From the NCBI GenBank assembly GCA_018238155.1, contig JABCTZ010000017.1, positions 116,949 through 180,948 of the forward strand: a stretch of 64,000 nt of DNA, written 5' to 3'. The notes beneath the pieces were generated by a model. It was given only the letters and a program-made list of their open reading frames with translations, was not told the origin of the DNA and did not search any database. Of the stretch, positions 52,512 through 61,826 are shown one piece after another (position 1 is the first letter of the stretch; every line of letters starts with the position of its first letter). The stretch comes from Candidatus Heimdallarchaeota archaeon. GTDB taxonomy: Archaea; Asgardarchaeota; Heimdallarchaeia; JABLTI01. A program made the position numbers and the translations under genes.

Positions 52512-54161
52512 TTACAAAAATATCTCATCTCGCCATTGTTTCTTGTATCGATAAAATTCCTTTACCGTAAGTGTAGGAAAATCGATTGAATAATTATAAA
52601 ACGTTTCAAGAAAGTGAAGGAGAAGTCTACAATTAATACGGGAATTTATTAATTTAAGGCTAAAAATTTCTTCTAAAATAACGGCTACCTCGTCACTAAT
52701 TTCACTTACTAAAACATAATTTATCTTGGGTTTAAGTAGGGGTAGTATAATTTCTAATTCAGTACTTGGTTTTAATGGAAGTGTTATTGGGCTTGAATTA
52801 ACAACTTGATATGTAATATTACTTTTATTCTGTTCTAATATTTCGTAGAGAGTTCTAGTATGAGGTTGATTATTCAATATCTCTTTCAGCATTGAATATG
52901 GTAAACCTCTCTTATTCTTCTCCATATTAGAATAACTGCCTTGTGCAATTTTAAATTGATCATCCATAACAACATAAGTTCTTCTAGCACGGTATTCTTT
53001 AAGGAAATTACCTAAACCAAAAATAAAGAGAGAGTCAAATAAATCAAAATTGTAATAACCATCTTTTGTTAGAACATCTTTTTTCAAACCTTGAAATACA
53101 ACATATTTTTTATTATGTAGAAGATAATCCAATAAATCATTGCTTTTTTTAGGGTTTAAAGAACCGATTAATTCGACATAACGAAGTTTATCTCGAGCTA
53201 ATAAATAGATCATAACTGATCCGTTGGAGTTTTGTGGAACTTTTACTTCAAAACTATTCAAGTTTAGAAACTGCTTAAAATCAAGAAGATATCGTTCACT
53301 CGCGCTAGTAAATGAGATTCGATTCTTGAATGATCCATCAGCATCCATTGCACCACGCCAGTAGATATTCCGGAAAGGTCTTCCAAGTTGTTTGAATAGA
53401 AGTGGTTCTCGGAGTGAAGCATACTTTGCTCCTTCGATAGTGTGGTCGGTTAAAAAATTAATAATTCGAACTACCATAGCAGAACGTAACTCAATATTCC
53501 AAGCATTTCCTGTAAGAAACATCTCTCCAGGGTCATTGAAATTCTGTTCATAAAGTTTTGAGAGTAACAGCAAGAATTCTTTGGTTTCATCAGTTACCCG
53601 GAAATTATGCCTGTGTAAATGCCCGTCCCCATTTGCTACACCGCAAAGATACACAATAGCATTAGTTAATTTCGTTGGAATCGAGTATTTCTTTCCTCGA
53701 GCACTTTCAAAGTATAATTCCTCAATTTTTGGGTTAGTTAAGGGAAGATCAAGGATAGCACAAGCACAACGATACAACGGATAGGGCATTGCTCCCCGTT
53801 TGAGATACGTTTCAAATCTTCTCTTCCACTCCATGATACCTGAATTAATGGATCTGTAAAAGTAATCTCGAGTGAATTCAGCGATAAGCAAAATCCTTTT
53901 TTTAATTAGTGTTTTTTCCTCATCTGTGAGAACGAGGAAAGGAAATCTCGAGAGTATCCTGTCATTATCTTTTTCCTTTACAAAATCGATTTTTCTAACC
54001 AAAATTGGAAAAAGATGTAAGGTGTAATTGGTAGTATCAAAAAAAGAATTTATTCTTTGTATTCCAGCTGTAAGTAGCTTGTTTGCAGTTACCCATTTAT
54101 TCATTGGAGTGGGTTTCGCATCAAGTAACAAAGGATCATTTTGCCAAGTAAGAGGAGCCAA
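52512..54161 (-). CDS. Free-standing double-motif LAGLIDADG endonuclease-like protein with possible HTH
   Basis: YLCGVANGDGHL and YWRGAMDADGSF; later IAQGSYSNMEKNKRGLP XRE-like helix; no intein termini. Confidence 0.75.
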   Translation of the reverse strand: MAPLTWQNDPLLLDAKPTPMNKWVTANKLLTAGIQRINSFFDTTNYTLHLFPILVRKIDFVKEKDNDRILSRFPFLVLTDEEKTLIKKRILLIAEFTRDYFYRSINSGIMEWKRRFETYLKRGAMPYPLYRCACAILDLPLTNPKIEELYFESARGKKYSIPTKLTNAIVYLCGVANGDGHLHRHNFRVTDETKEFLLLLSKLYEQNFNDPGEMFLTGNAWNIELRSAMVVRIINFLTDHTIEGAKYASLREPLLFKQLGRPFRNIYWRGAMDADGSFKNRISFTSASERYLLDFKQFLNLNSFEVKVPQNSNGSVMIYLLARDKLRYVELIGSLNPKKSNDLLDYLLHNKKYVVFQGLKKDVLTKDGYYNFDLFDSLFIFGLGNFLKEYRARRTYVVMDDQFKIAQGSYSNMEKNKRGLPYSMLKEILNNQPHTRTLYEILEQNKSNITYQVVNSSPITLPLKPSTELEIILPLLKPKINYVLVSEISDEVAVILEEIFSLKLINSRINCRLLLHFLETFYNYSIDFPTLTVKEFYRYKKQWRDEIFL

Positions 54162-54221
54162 GTAGTGCCACCAAAGATGTTTATCACTAGCTTTGTTGTG
54201 TTAAACTACTTAAACTTAAAG

Positions 54222-54923
54222 CTAAAGTGACACTTTCTCATTAGCTTTTTCAATTAGCCAATTCATGTCAAGAATTTCTAAAGAATCAATGGCAAAGATT
54301 TCAATACCAGCTTCCCAAAGAATAAGCCCAATTCCTTGAGCTGCAAAACCTAGTTTACCTGTGATGTTTACTTTTAATTTTTGAGTGATTGTATCATAAT
54401 AATTCTCTAAATAAAAATCACGCAGAAATCGCATTTCAATAGATGAAGATGAATTATTCCTTAGATAAAGAGCTCCTGCGAGTATGACTTGATCTGTGTC
54501 TTCTGCATTGATTGTTAGATCAGTAAAAATCTGTTGTGTTAGGTTGGCAATGTCTACAGAATGCTTTGCTAATACCCAATACACTCGGGCACGAACACTA
54601 GGGGATATATCAATGATTAATGGAGAAATATATTGTACACTTTCTTTCTGTTGAAATGATTCAAGATAGAGTACGGATTTTTCTCGTAGAAAGCTTTCAT
54701 GATGTGATAGGAGCTTTTGTGAAATAGAAATTTTTACCTCTTCAGATACCTTCTTCTTTGCTATGAGAAAGTCTAACAAGGTGTTAAGTTGGGGTGCTGT
54801 TAGAGAACTCAAAGTATTCTCATATAACTCCTCAAATTCTTCTAAATTATCTTCTACTAGGAGAATTTGTTTAAAGATTATTTCCGGAATTGTTTCTTGA
54901 AGTTTTTTCTGAAGAAAGGTCAT
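54222..54923 (-). CDS. HEAT-repeat-like helical protein
   Basis: SFLREKSVLYL and SPSVRARVYWVLAK HEAT-like units. Confidence 0.55.
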   Translation of the reverse strand: MTFLQKKLQETIPEIIFKQILLVEDNLEEFEELYENTLSSLTAPQLNTLLDFLIAKKKVSEEVKISISQKLLSHHESFLREKSVLYLESFQQKESVQYISPLIIDISPSVRARVYWVLAKHSVDIANLTQQIFTDLTINAEDTDQVILAGALYLRNNSSSSIEMRFLRDFYLENYYDTITQKLKVNITGKLGFAAQGIGLILWEAGIEIFAIDSLEILDMNWLIEKANEKVSL

Positions 54924-54933
54924 AATATCACAT

Positions 54934-57036
54934 TTATTTAGTAATTTCTAAAGCGAATGTTTCTGTGCGGTAATCATGAAACATTGAGTCTATATTTGGA
55001 AGAAAATCATCCTTCACTTTGATGTAAAGTTGACTTTTATTACAATTAATAGTTTTTTGATGTAAATTTATTTCTCCAATAGCAAACCTGATTTTTGAGT
55101 AGAGATTTGGTTCATACTGAAATTCTCCTCTATCCTTACAGCTTATTGCTTGCATCTCTCCATTTTTAAAGATAAGGTGATCCACCTCAAAATGCTTGCC
55201 ATAAAAGGAAAAGAGAACGTTTGAAACAACTTGAAAATCCATTCTTTCAAGCAATTCTCTGGTGTGTTTCTCGTATTCTGTACCGGATTCAGTTTTGAAT
55301 CTTTTAAACTTTATAATATTGCATAATGGGGGTAAATTATTCGAAATAATTTCCCACTGTTCTAGTAAAATTTGATATTCTCTTCGGTTGTAAAACATTT
55401 TGCTTCTAGCTTTGAGAATATGATAATTTCCATTCTTTGCTAAAGTAGAATGAAGTGTCTGCAAGATTTCTTCTACATTATCAATTGGTTGAAATACACT
55501 GAACTTCTTTTGTAGTCTCATATCAAAATCTGCACTATTATTTAATCGATCCGAGATTACCTTGTAAAGTAGAGAGTAATCAGTTTTAGTTGTGTTCATA
55601 AGAAAACAATATTGCTCAATAAGTTGTTTAGCTTTTGCAGGTTTAGTATGTGTTTGCCGTAATACTTTGAATGCTTCTTGTTCTAAATCTTTTTTTGTAG
55701 TTAGTTTATGTGTAACTGGATGAATGAGTTGATTCATTCTTTTATTGTCTTTTAATAATGTTAAGAACTCATTAATACGCTCTAAAAATAGCGTTGGTTT
55801 TTTAACAAGTGCATTCACCTCATCCCTTCCAATAAGAATGATCTTTTTTGCTAAACCATAAAGTTTAGTTATATTCTTACCAAATTCTGTAGTAGTTACC
55901 TCAAAATTAAGAAAAACTATTGAGCAAATATTGCTCTTTTTTATTTCGTCTTGTAAATAGAGTAACTCGCCTAATATTTCAGTAAGCGGCTCATTATTTT
56001 TTTCTGCTGTTTTAATCTCGATTAAACCTATTAATTCATTCCAAATAAGCAATCCATCAAGACGTTTAGTAATTTGGGGACGATTCGAAGTTGTAATTTT
56101 AGTTTCCGAGAATAACTTGCTGTTTTCCTCTGTAAAAACACTTTTTAAAATCGTCCAAACATTCGACTCAAAGTCCTTATCAACATGTCGAGATTTATCT
56201 GTCCAAGCAGTTGTTAATTGTTGTATATTATATCCTGCTTGTCTTAGCTCCTTGGTTAGTGTTAGATCTTGTTTTGCATGTTTTGATAGTTCAAATATTG
56301 GGTGAGTGAATATTATTTTTATTTTCTTTCTGGGACCGTAATATGGAATAGTTATTTTATTTACAAGTTGTTTCTTTTTCTTTCTTTGTGAAAACTTTAG
56401 AATCGTTTTTGATCCATCGTCAATAGTTCCAACGACATAGTTATTTTTTAATGTCCACCAGTCTTTAATATATCTGCCAAGCTCTTGTGATAACTCAATA
56501 TCTCCAGATTCTCCTAGAGAACAATAACATTCAATTTGTAGTTGCTTTGTGTTTGTTTGGTAGATATCAAATGAATTTCCTCTTCTTTTACTTCCTAAAA
56601 GCCTTAGTGTTTTTTTCTCTTCTTTGATGTTGTTATATTCAAGTAGTTCTCTGTTTTTGAAAAACAACCCTGTTGGTTTTAATCCATTAATGATACAGGT
56701 GATTTTAGAATCTCTATATTGAGAGGTTATCTTATTCATCTCATTCATGTTTGATAATACTAAGAACCATCCGTTAGTTTTATTTTCAAGAGAGGCTATT
56801 TGGTTGATTATTATCTCTTTATTTCGATTGTCCTCATTCACAATAATGATCATTCTTATTGTATTTTTGTCTTCTTTACTTGATCTTACTATATCCATCC
56901 AATTCAGAATTCTTACAGGAATATGTATACTTGACAGAGTTAGTTTTCTATTGATTATGATTGTTCCATCTGTAAAAATCTCGAATGTTGTTCCTCTCCC
57001 AGGTTTTCCAGCTTTGTAGAGTAATTTTCTTATCAA
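54934..57036 (-). CDS. Large protein with two putative PD-(D/E)XK nuclease domains
   Basis: DFE...RLDGLL...IEIKT and EYE...FEVDHLI...ISCKD (Mrr/NERD-like). Confidence 0.65.
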   Translation of the reverse strand: MIRKLLYKAGKPGRGTTFEIFTDGTIIINRKLTLSSIHIPVRILNWMDIVRSSKEDKNTIRMIIIVNEDNRNKEIIINQIASLENKTNGWFLVLSNMNEMNKITSQYRDSKITCIINGLKPTGLFFKNRELLEYNNIKEEKKTLRLLGSKRRGNSFDIYQTNTKQLQIECYCSLGESGDIELSQELGRYIKDWWTLKNNYVVGTIDDGSKTILKFSQRKKKKQLVNKITIPYYGPRKKIKIIFTHPIFELSKHAKQDLTLTKELRQAGYNIQQLTTAWTDKSRHVDKDFESNVWTILKSVFTEENSKLFSETKITTSNRPQITKRLDGLLIWNELIGLIEIKTAEKNNEPLTEILGELLYLQDEIKKSNICSIVFLNFEVTTTEFGKNITKLYGLAKKIILIGRDEVNALVKKPTLFLERINEFLTLLKDNKRMNQLIHPVTHKLTTKKDLEQEAFKVLRQTHTKPAKAKQLIEQYCFLMNTTKTDYSLLYKVISDRLNNSADFDMRLQKKFSVFQPIDNVEEILQTLHSTLAKNGNYHILKARSKMFYNRREYQILLEQWEIISNNLPPLCNIIKFKRFKTESGTEYEKHTRELLERMDFQVVSNVLFSFYGKHFEVDHLIFKNGEMQAISCKDRGEFQYEPNLYSKIRFAIGEINLHQKTINCNKSQLYIKVKDDFLPNIDSMFHDYRTETFALEITK

Positions 57037-57044
57037 GTCGAATC

Positions 57045-57108
57045 ACACTATCTTAACACTATATCAACACTATAGTATAATAATACTTAAATCTTATGGT
57101 TACACTAT
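57045..57108. promoter_or_regulatory. ACACTAT direct-repeat operator in divergent promoter
   Basis: ACACTAT at 57045, 57056, 57067 (11-bp phase) and 57102. Confidence 0.65.
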
Positions 57109-57126
57109 AGTTCTTAGTGAACTAAG

Positions 57127-57285
57127 ATGCCTGTGAAATTCAAACGAAAAGTCATAGATTTGAGTAATAGTTTAGTCGTGAATATACCCCGTGAAATTGC
57201 AGATGAATTGGGAATAAAGAAAGGAGATACGATCATCGTAACCCTTGAGAACAGTCATTTTTGTGGAAGGAAAGAAGAAAAATAA
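57127..57285 (+). CDS. AbrB/MazE/SpoVT family DNA-binding protein (52 aa, not in ORF track)
   Basis: MPVKFKRKVIDLSNSLVVNIPREIADELGIKKGDTIIV. Confidence 0.85.
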   Translation: MPVKFKRKVIDLSNSLVVNIPREIADELGIKKGDTIIVTLENSHFCGRKEEK

Positions 57286-57418
57286 CAGGCAATAATCTGA
57301 AATAAAATTCAAAGCGGTTCATGCAAGCGTGATTTATCGCTGTAAGCGATGAATAGCGAGGACACGAGTCTGCGCCCAGCAAAGGTTTGAGTCATTTCTT
57401 TTTGATTGCAATATTACT

Positions 57419-58528
57419 TTATTTTCTTTTCTTGCGTTCAGCAACTTCTTTTATTCCCGCAAGTAACGGAGCTTTAATCTCCTCTTCTTTGTTTTCTTCT
57501 ACTTCCTCCTCTTCTTTTCTTTGTGGTAAATCAATTGTTTCTTCATCAGCTATTCCATAATTGGTTAAGAAAAACTCTGTCGTTTCGCATGGAAGAAATG
57601 AACAACTATCTACTTTCATTCGTCGAGAATTATCCCTTAATTTCCTCAAGAACAAACGCATATCCGAAGCATGCTCTATAGCTTCTCCACCTGCAGGTTT
57701 AATTGGAGAATATTTGTGATTAAATCCATGATTAGCAATAACATGATTTGTGAAGATAATAGCACAATTAAACCCAAGAGCTAAACGCTTAAGAAACGCT
57801 AACAAACTTTGCAAATGCTTTTGCATGATGATGGTTTCATTTATTGTTATGTATCTGCTTTCAAAAGGGGTCATCAATGAATCAATGATTACCAATCGGG
57901 TATCAAATGCTTGCACGTATCCTGGCAGTCGATCTATTGCTTGTTGGAAGTTCCTCATTTGTTCTGCTTGTACTATGAATAAGTTGCTTAGTAATTTCTC
58001 TTCTGCTATTTCGAAACGCTTTCCTATCCGTAAATAGTGTTCACAATGAAAGAAACTGTTTGTTGTAATATAGATAACTGGACTATCCAATCCACCTTTT
58101 TCTACCGGCATTTGTGCAGTCACCGCTGCTGTCATACAAGTTTGCGTTTTTCCTGAGCGATACTCTCCAACGATTTCCGTTAGCATTCCTGTTCTAAAAC
58201 CCCCTTCAAGCAAGGTATCAATCTCTTTTGAACCACTAGTAAAACTTTTCTGGGATTGGAGCTGATTCTCCCAATATTCTTCTACGTTCTGAAATAATTT
58301 TCCCCGAAACATATCTTGAGAAGCTCGACAAAGAGCTTGAGCAGTTCTCTCACTTATATTTGGTATTTTGCAATAATCAGTTTCAGTTAATACTGTCAGT
58401 GCTCGTGCATCATAGATGCCAAAATCTTTGAGTGCTTTAATAGAAATTTTCGGAATTCCATATTTTAATCTATTTTTCTCAATAAAATCTGCTATATCAT
58501 ATCTCACATTAATTGGCATTTTCTTCAT
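57419..58528 (-). CDS. RadA/Rad51 paralog, probably degenerate
   Basis: HhH N-domain, GEYRSGKT, LVIIDS, GG....H....RL.LRK; catalytic YIDTE replaced by YITTN. Confidence 0.85.
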   Translation of the reverse strand: MKKMPINVRYDIADFIEKNRLKYGIPKISIKALKDFGIYDARALTVLTETDYCKIPNISERTAQALCRASQDMFRGKLFQNVEEYWENQLQSQKSFTSGSKEIDTLLEGGFRTGMLTEIVGEYRSGKTQTCMTAAVTAQMPVEKGGLDSPVIYITTNSFFHCEHYLRIGKRFEIAEEKLLSNLFIVQAEQMRNFQQAIDRLPGYVQAFDTRLVIIDSLMTPFESRYITINETIIMQKHLQSLLAFLKRLALGFNCAIIFTNHVIANHGFNHKYSPIKPAGGEAIEHASDMRLFLRKLRDNSRRMKVDSCSFLPCETTEFFLTNYGIADEETIDLPQRKEEEEVEENKEEEIKAPLLAGIKEVAERKKRK

Positions 58529-58575
58529 TTATACACTGAAAAATTTTCTTTAAAAACAACAAAAATTGAATGTTT

Positions 58576-58610
58576 GGTAGTTCACGGTTCAAATCCGGGA
58601 TCGCCCACCA
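58576..58610 (+). repeat. tRNA 3'-fragment repeat R1
   Basis: GGTAGTTCACGGTTCAAATCCGGGATCGCCCACCA (3 mismatches to R2). Confidence 0.92.
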
Positions 58611-58629
58611 TTCTCTTTTCATTCTTTTC

Positions 58630-58860
58630 TTATAATTGCTCATAAAATTCGTCTAGAGTGATTTTTGCTAATCGTAGTGCTCCTCTCAAAGTTCCTGTTT
58701 TTAGTTCTTTATGTAGTGGAACTACGGTACCAACTTTCCCCTCATTTGTTTGCTTAGAGAGTCGAACATGACTTCCTTTCCTTCCTGAGATACTAAACCC
58801 AAATTTATTACATAGAATTTTGATAACTTTTTCACCTGAAACAGGTTTATACTTTGGCAG
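58630..58860 (-). CDS. hicA: HicA family toxin (CTG start; not in ORF track)
   Basis: (M)PKYKPVSGEKVIKILCNKFGF....RKGSHVRL...VVPLHKELKTGTLRGAL; GGAG upstream of CTG; overlaps hicB end. Confidence 0.85.
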   Translation of the reverse strand: MPKYKPVSGEKVIKILCNKFGFSISGRKGSHVRLSKQTNEGKVGTVVPLHKELKTGTLRGALRLAKITLDEFYEQL

Positions 58861-59083
58861 TCTTATCTACTCCCTTTGGTGAAACTTCAAAAGTAGTGAT
58901 TATTGGATGAGTGTCAGTTGTTAGTGGGAACTCTTCGAGATATAATTCTGTTGCTTCCACTAAATTTTCTAGTGCTTTCTCAATTGTTTTTCCCTGACTT
59001 ACTGTGCCTACTTGAGGACATTCTGCAACGTACATATCCTCTTCTTTGTAGATAACTGCTGTCAATGTAGACATCTTTATCAT
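58847..59083 (-). CDS. hicB: HicB family antitoxin (short form)
   Basis: YVAECPQVGTVSQGKTIEKALENLVEATELYLE. Confidence 0.9.
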   Translation of the reverse strand: MIKMSTLTAVIYKEEDMYVAECPQVGTVSQGKTIEKALENLVEATELYLEEFPLTTDTHPIITTFEVSPKGVDKTAKV

Positions 59084-59146
59084 TTTGTACTACCTCACTA
59101 TTATTCTTTAATTTTCTTATAAAAACCAAACTCTTATTTTAAATCA

Positions 59147-59181
59147 GGAAGTCCCCGGTTCAAATCCGGGATCGCCCACCA
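59147..59181 (+). repeat. tRNA 3'-fragment repeat R2 (best-preserved copy)
   Basis: GGAAGTCCCCGGTTCAAATCCGGGATCGCCCACCA: variable loop, perfect T-arm, 3' acceptor strand, ACCA. Confidence 0.95.
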
Positions 59182-59623
59182 ATTATTTTCTTCTTTCTTG
59201 TTCTCTATACCCTATTATTCCGAGAATATTTTTCTCTATGAATTCTTTTGTTTCTATCCCTTCCATCAATCTCTCTCTTATTTCTTCTCTTATTTTTTCT
59301 TCTTCCTTTTCTCCTATTTCTTTATATTTTTTCGTTATCTTCTTTTTCTAGTTCTTGTTCCAATCTTCTCTTTCTCTGCGTTAGTTCTCTTATCTCTTCT
59401 CTTTTTTCTTTTTCTTGATATGCAAGTTCATTGTAATAATTCCACATTCTCTTTACTATTTCATTCTCTTTGTTTAGTAAGTATTTCCTTTTCTCATGTT
59501 TTAGTATCCCTTCTTTTGTTCCTTTTTGCAGTTTCTTTATGAGCGTGCTTTTTTCCCAAGGCATTTTTTCTAGTAGTTCTGCTAGCGAGTATTTTTTCGA
59601 GTGTCCTCTCGTTATTTTTTCTT
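59182..59623 (-). pseudogene. Truncated, frameshifted copy of the 192-aa wHTH gene (duplicate of 48055-48504)
   Basis: Near-identical DNA beginning exactly after CCA (ATTATTTTCTTCTTTCTTG); small deletion, 5' part missing. Confidence 0.88.
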
Positions 59624-59720
59624 GTAAAACACTATTCTTTTTGATATTGTGCAATATTGTTATAAACACAAATAATTAATAGTATATTCCTCACATTTTT
59701 TAAATACTCTAATGTGAGAT

Positions 59721-60740
59721 TTGAGTAAAATTGAGAGTGTAAGAATGTCACTAACTGAGAACTCTAATTTTCCTAATTTTTCTTATTCAGATGCAATGTT
59801 GTTTTCTGTTCCCAAAGGTGATCTTTATCCGATTGGTTTGTTAACTGATAAAAAACAATCTGGAAAAAGAAATGATTTAGATATTAAGATAAAGATTCTC
59901 TCCGAGCTTAGAAATAGTTTAGATGAAACTGGAAATAATATAATAACCGAAATGCCTCTTCCTGAAAGATTTTCTAAAGCTAACGTTCTTGAAAAGTGGT
60001 TATTAAACACAAATCAATATTTCAATAAGGTTGAGGATGAAATATCCGCTGAAAAAGATTCCTCTTTTAGTTTACTCATTGAAACTCTTGAGCTTAAAGA
60101 AAAAATTGAATATAAAGTTCAAACTAATAATTATCAAAATATTGATCGCTTAATTAAACTCTATGATCGGAAATTAATTGATGCGTTTAAACTTATTTAC
60201 AAATTAATGCTATCAATCCGAACTAATTTGAGTATAATGTTTCTTGATTCAGAACTTCCCCCCGAATTTATTTCCACTATAAGTAATACAATGAACTCCT
60301 CATTAACTTTTATTGAATTTCTTCAATCTGAACAAGATTCAATTTTTGTTGATTTAAATAAATATAAATCCGGACGAACAACTGTAAAAAGAACTAAACC
60401 AATTTTAGCTAGAATTGATGCATTAGATGAAGATCATAATAAATTGCTGCTAAATTTCCAAAGATTGCTTTTCTTCATAGAAATTTGGAATTCCCCAACC
60501 TTGGAAGTATTATTCACTGATCAAGACATCCATTATGATATTAAGAATTTTGAATCCCATCAAGGATTTTTCATTAATTCATTAAATAAATTGAACCAGT
60601 TTGCAAAAGATTTTCATCACAAGGTAATAAATGCTGCTATGGAACGCAAACAATCCATCCCATTTTCACTAAAGGAAAAGGATTCAAGGAAAGACGATGA
60701 TGCTATCTCTTTATTTGCAAAAATAATTCACTCCTATTAA
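59721..60740 (+). CDS. Helical protein of unknown function upstream of a PIN gene
   Basis: 339-aa ORF, 19 nt before the PIN gene; no motif recognised. Confidence 0.65.
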   Translation: MSKIESVRMSLTENSNFPNFSYSDAMLFSVPKGDLYPIGLLTDKKQSGKRNDLDIKIKILSELRNSLDETGNNIITEMPLPERFSKANVLEKWLLNTNQYFNKVEDEISAEKDSSFSLLIETLELKEKIEYKVQTNNYQNIDRLIKLYDRKLIDAFKLIYKLMLSIRTNLSIMFLDSELPPEFISTISNTMNSSLTFIEFLQSEQDSIFVDLNKYKSGRTTVKRTKPILARIDALDEDHNKLLLNFQRLLFFIEIWNSPTLEVLFTDQDIHYDIKNFESHQGFFINSLNKLNQFAKDFHHKVINAAMERKQSIPFSLKEKDSRKDDDAISLFAKIIHSY

Positions 60741-60759
60741 GATATGAGAGGTATGGGAA

Positions 60760-61491
60760 ATGAAGTATGTTTGTTTTGACACAAACTATCTCTTGGCTGT
60801 TTTAATACCACTAGATAATTGGAAATCTGTAATTAAGATGTGTGAAGCTGAAATTGCCGAACTTGTTAATAGAAAGAAAATTAAAGTTTTTATTACTGAT
60901 AAAGTTGAATCCGAAGCTAACAATAGGATAATGGATATTTCCAAGAATGCTTCCCAACATTTTAGAAAATTATTTCATAAATTGAAGTCTACTGATTTAA
61001 AGAAGCCTTTTAATAAATCAAGCATTTTGAGTTTACGAAAAGAATTACAATTAATCTTAAGAGACGAAAATGACAAAGTGATTAGAAATCAACTATACTT
61101 CTATGAAGATTATCTTTTAAAAAATATAAATGATTTTCCTAAAAAACCCAAGAAGATTCTAATTGCTGAGTGTTTGAGTGAAATAAATGAAATTTCATTG
61201 AGATTTGATACTGAGTTGCAGGTTTACAATATAATGATTATTCAAAAACCAACTATTCAAAATGAACTTGATAAACTCAATGCAATAGAAAACAGAATAA
61301 AAGTTATGGTTCATAATTATAGTGATAGCGAGATTTTAGCCACATTTATTTATTTTATAAATGAAGAAAATGTTGAAGGGATATTCGTTACTCATGATTT
61401 TGTTGATTTATTATTAAACAGTTTATATCTTGAAGAAGAATTTAAAGAAGTTCATATAGTTAGACCACAATATGTAAAATTCCTTGTTTAG
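60760..61491 (+). CDS. PIN-domain ribonuclease with large helical insertion
   Basis: VCFDTNYLL, ITDKVESE, DSEIL, FVTHD. Confidence 0.78.
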   Translation: MKYVCFDTNYLLAVLIPLDNWKSVIKMCEAEIAELVNRKKIKVFITDKVESEANNRIMDISKNASQHFRKLFHKLKSTDLKKPFNKSSILSLRKELQLILRDENDKVIRNQLYFYEDYLLKNINDFPKKPKKILIAECLSEINEISLRFDTELQVYNIMIIQKPTIQNELDKLNAIENRIKVMVHNYSDSEILATFIYFINEENVEGIFVTHDFVDLLLNSLYLEEEFKEVHIVRPQYVKFLV

Positions 61492-61507
61492 TTTTTTCAA
61501 TTATTTA

Positions 61508-61531
61508 GTACTAAATCTGAATCGTTCAACA
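61508..61531 (+). repeat. Degenerate tRNA 3'-fragment repeat R2b
   Basis: AAATCT-GAATCGTTCAACA vs AAATCCGGGATCGCCCACCA (14/20, mostly transitions), 3 nt before the stop of the third wHTH-gene copy. Confidence 0.6.
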
Positions 61532-61534
61532 CTT

Positions 61535-61826
61535 TCATTCTTTTCTTCTGTATCCTATTGCTTCTAGTGTTTTTTTCGTTACAAGTCCTCTTACTTCTCC
61601 CCCCTCAACAAATTCTGCAATTATTTCCTTTCTAAATTCCTCTTCTTCTTTCTTTGTTGCTTCTCTATATTTTCTCCTTTTCTTTTTCTCTTCTTTCTCC
61701 AGTTCTTTAACCAATTTTCTCTTTTTTTGTATCAAGGTCCTAATTTCTTCTGTTTTTTCCTTTTCTTGATAGTTTGGTTCATTGTAATAGTTCCATATCC
61801 TTTTCACCAATTCATTTTCTTTCCTT
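61535..61826 (-). pseudogene. Third, more diverged 3' fragment of the 192-aa wHTH gene
   Basis: KENELVKRIWNYYNEPNYQEKEK...IGYRRKE vs KENEIVKRMWNYYNEPAYQEKEK...IGYRKQE. Confidence 0.8.

Noticed and set aside
52512-54161. Intein or group I intron host for the LAGLIDADG domain
   Set aside because: No C/S...HN splice termini and no interrupted host gene seen.
48055-58575. Classical casposon
   Set aside because: No family-B polymerase and no terminal inverted repeats found; coding sequence runs right up to the tRNA CCA.
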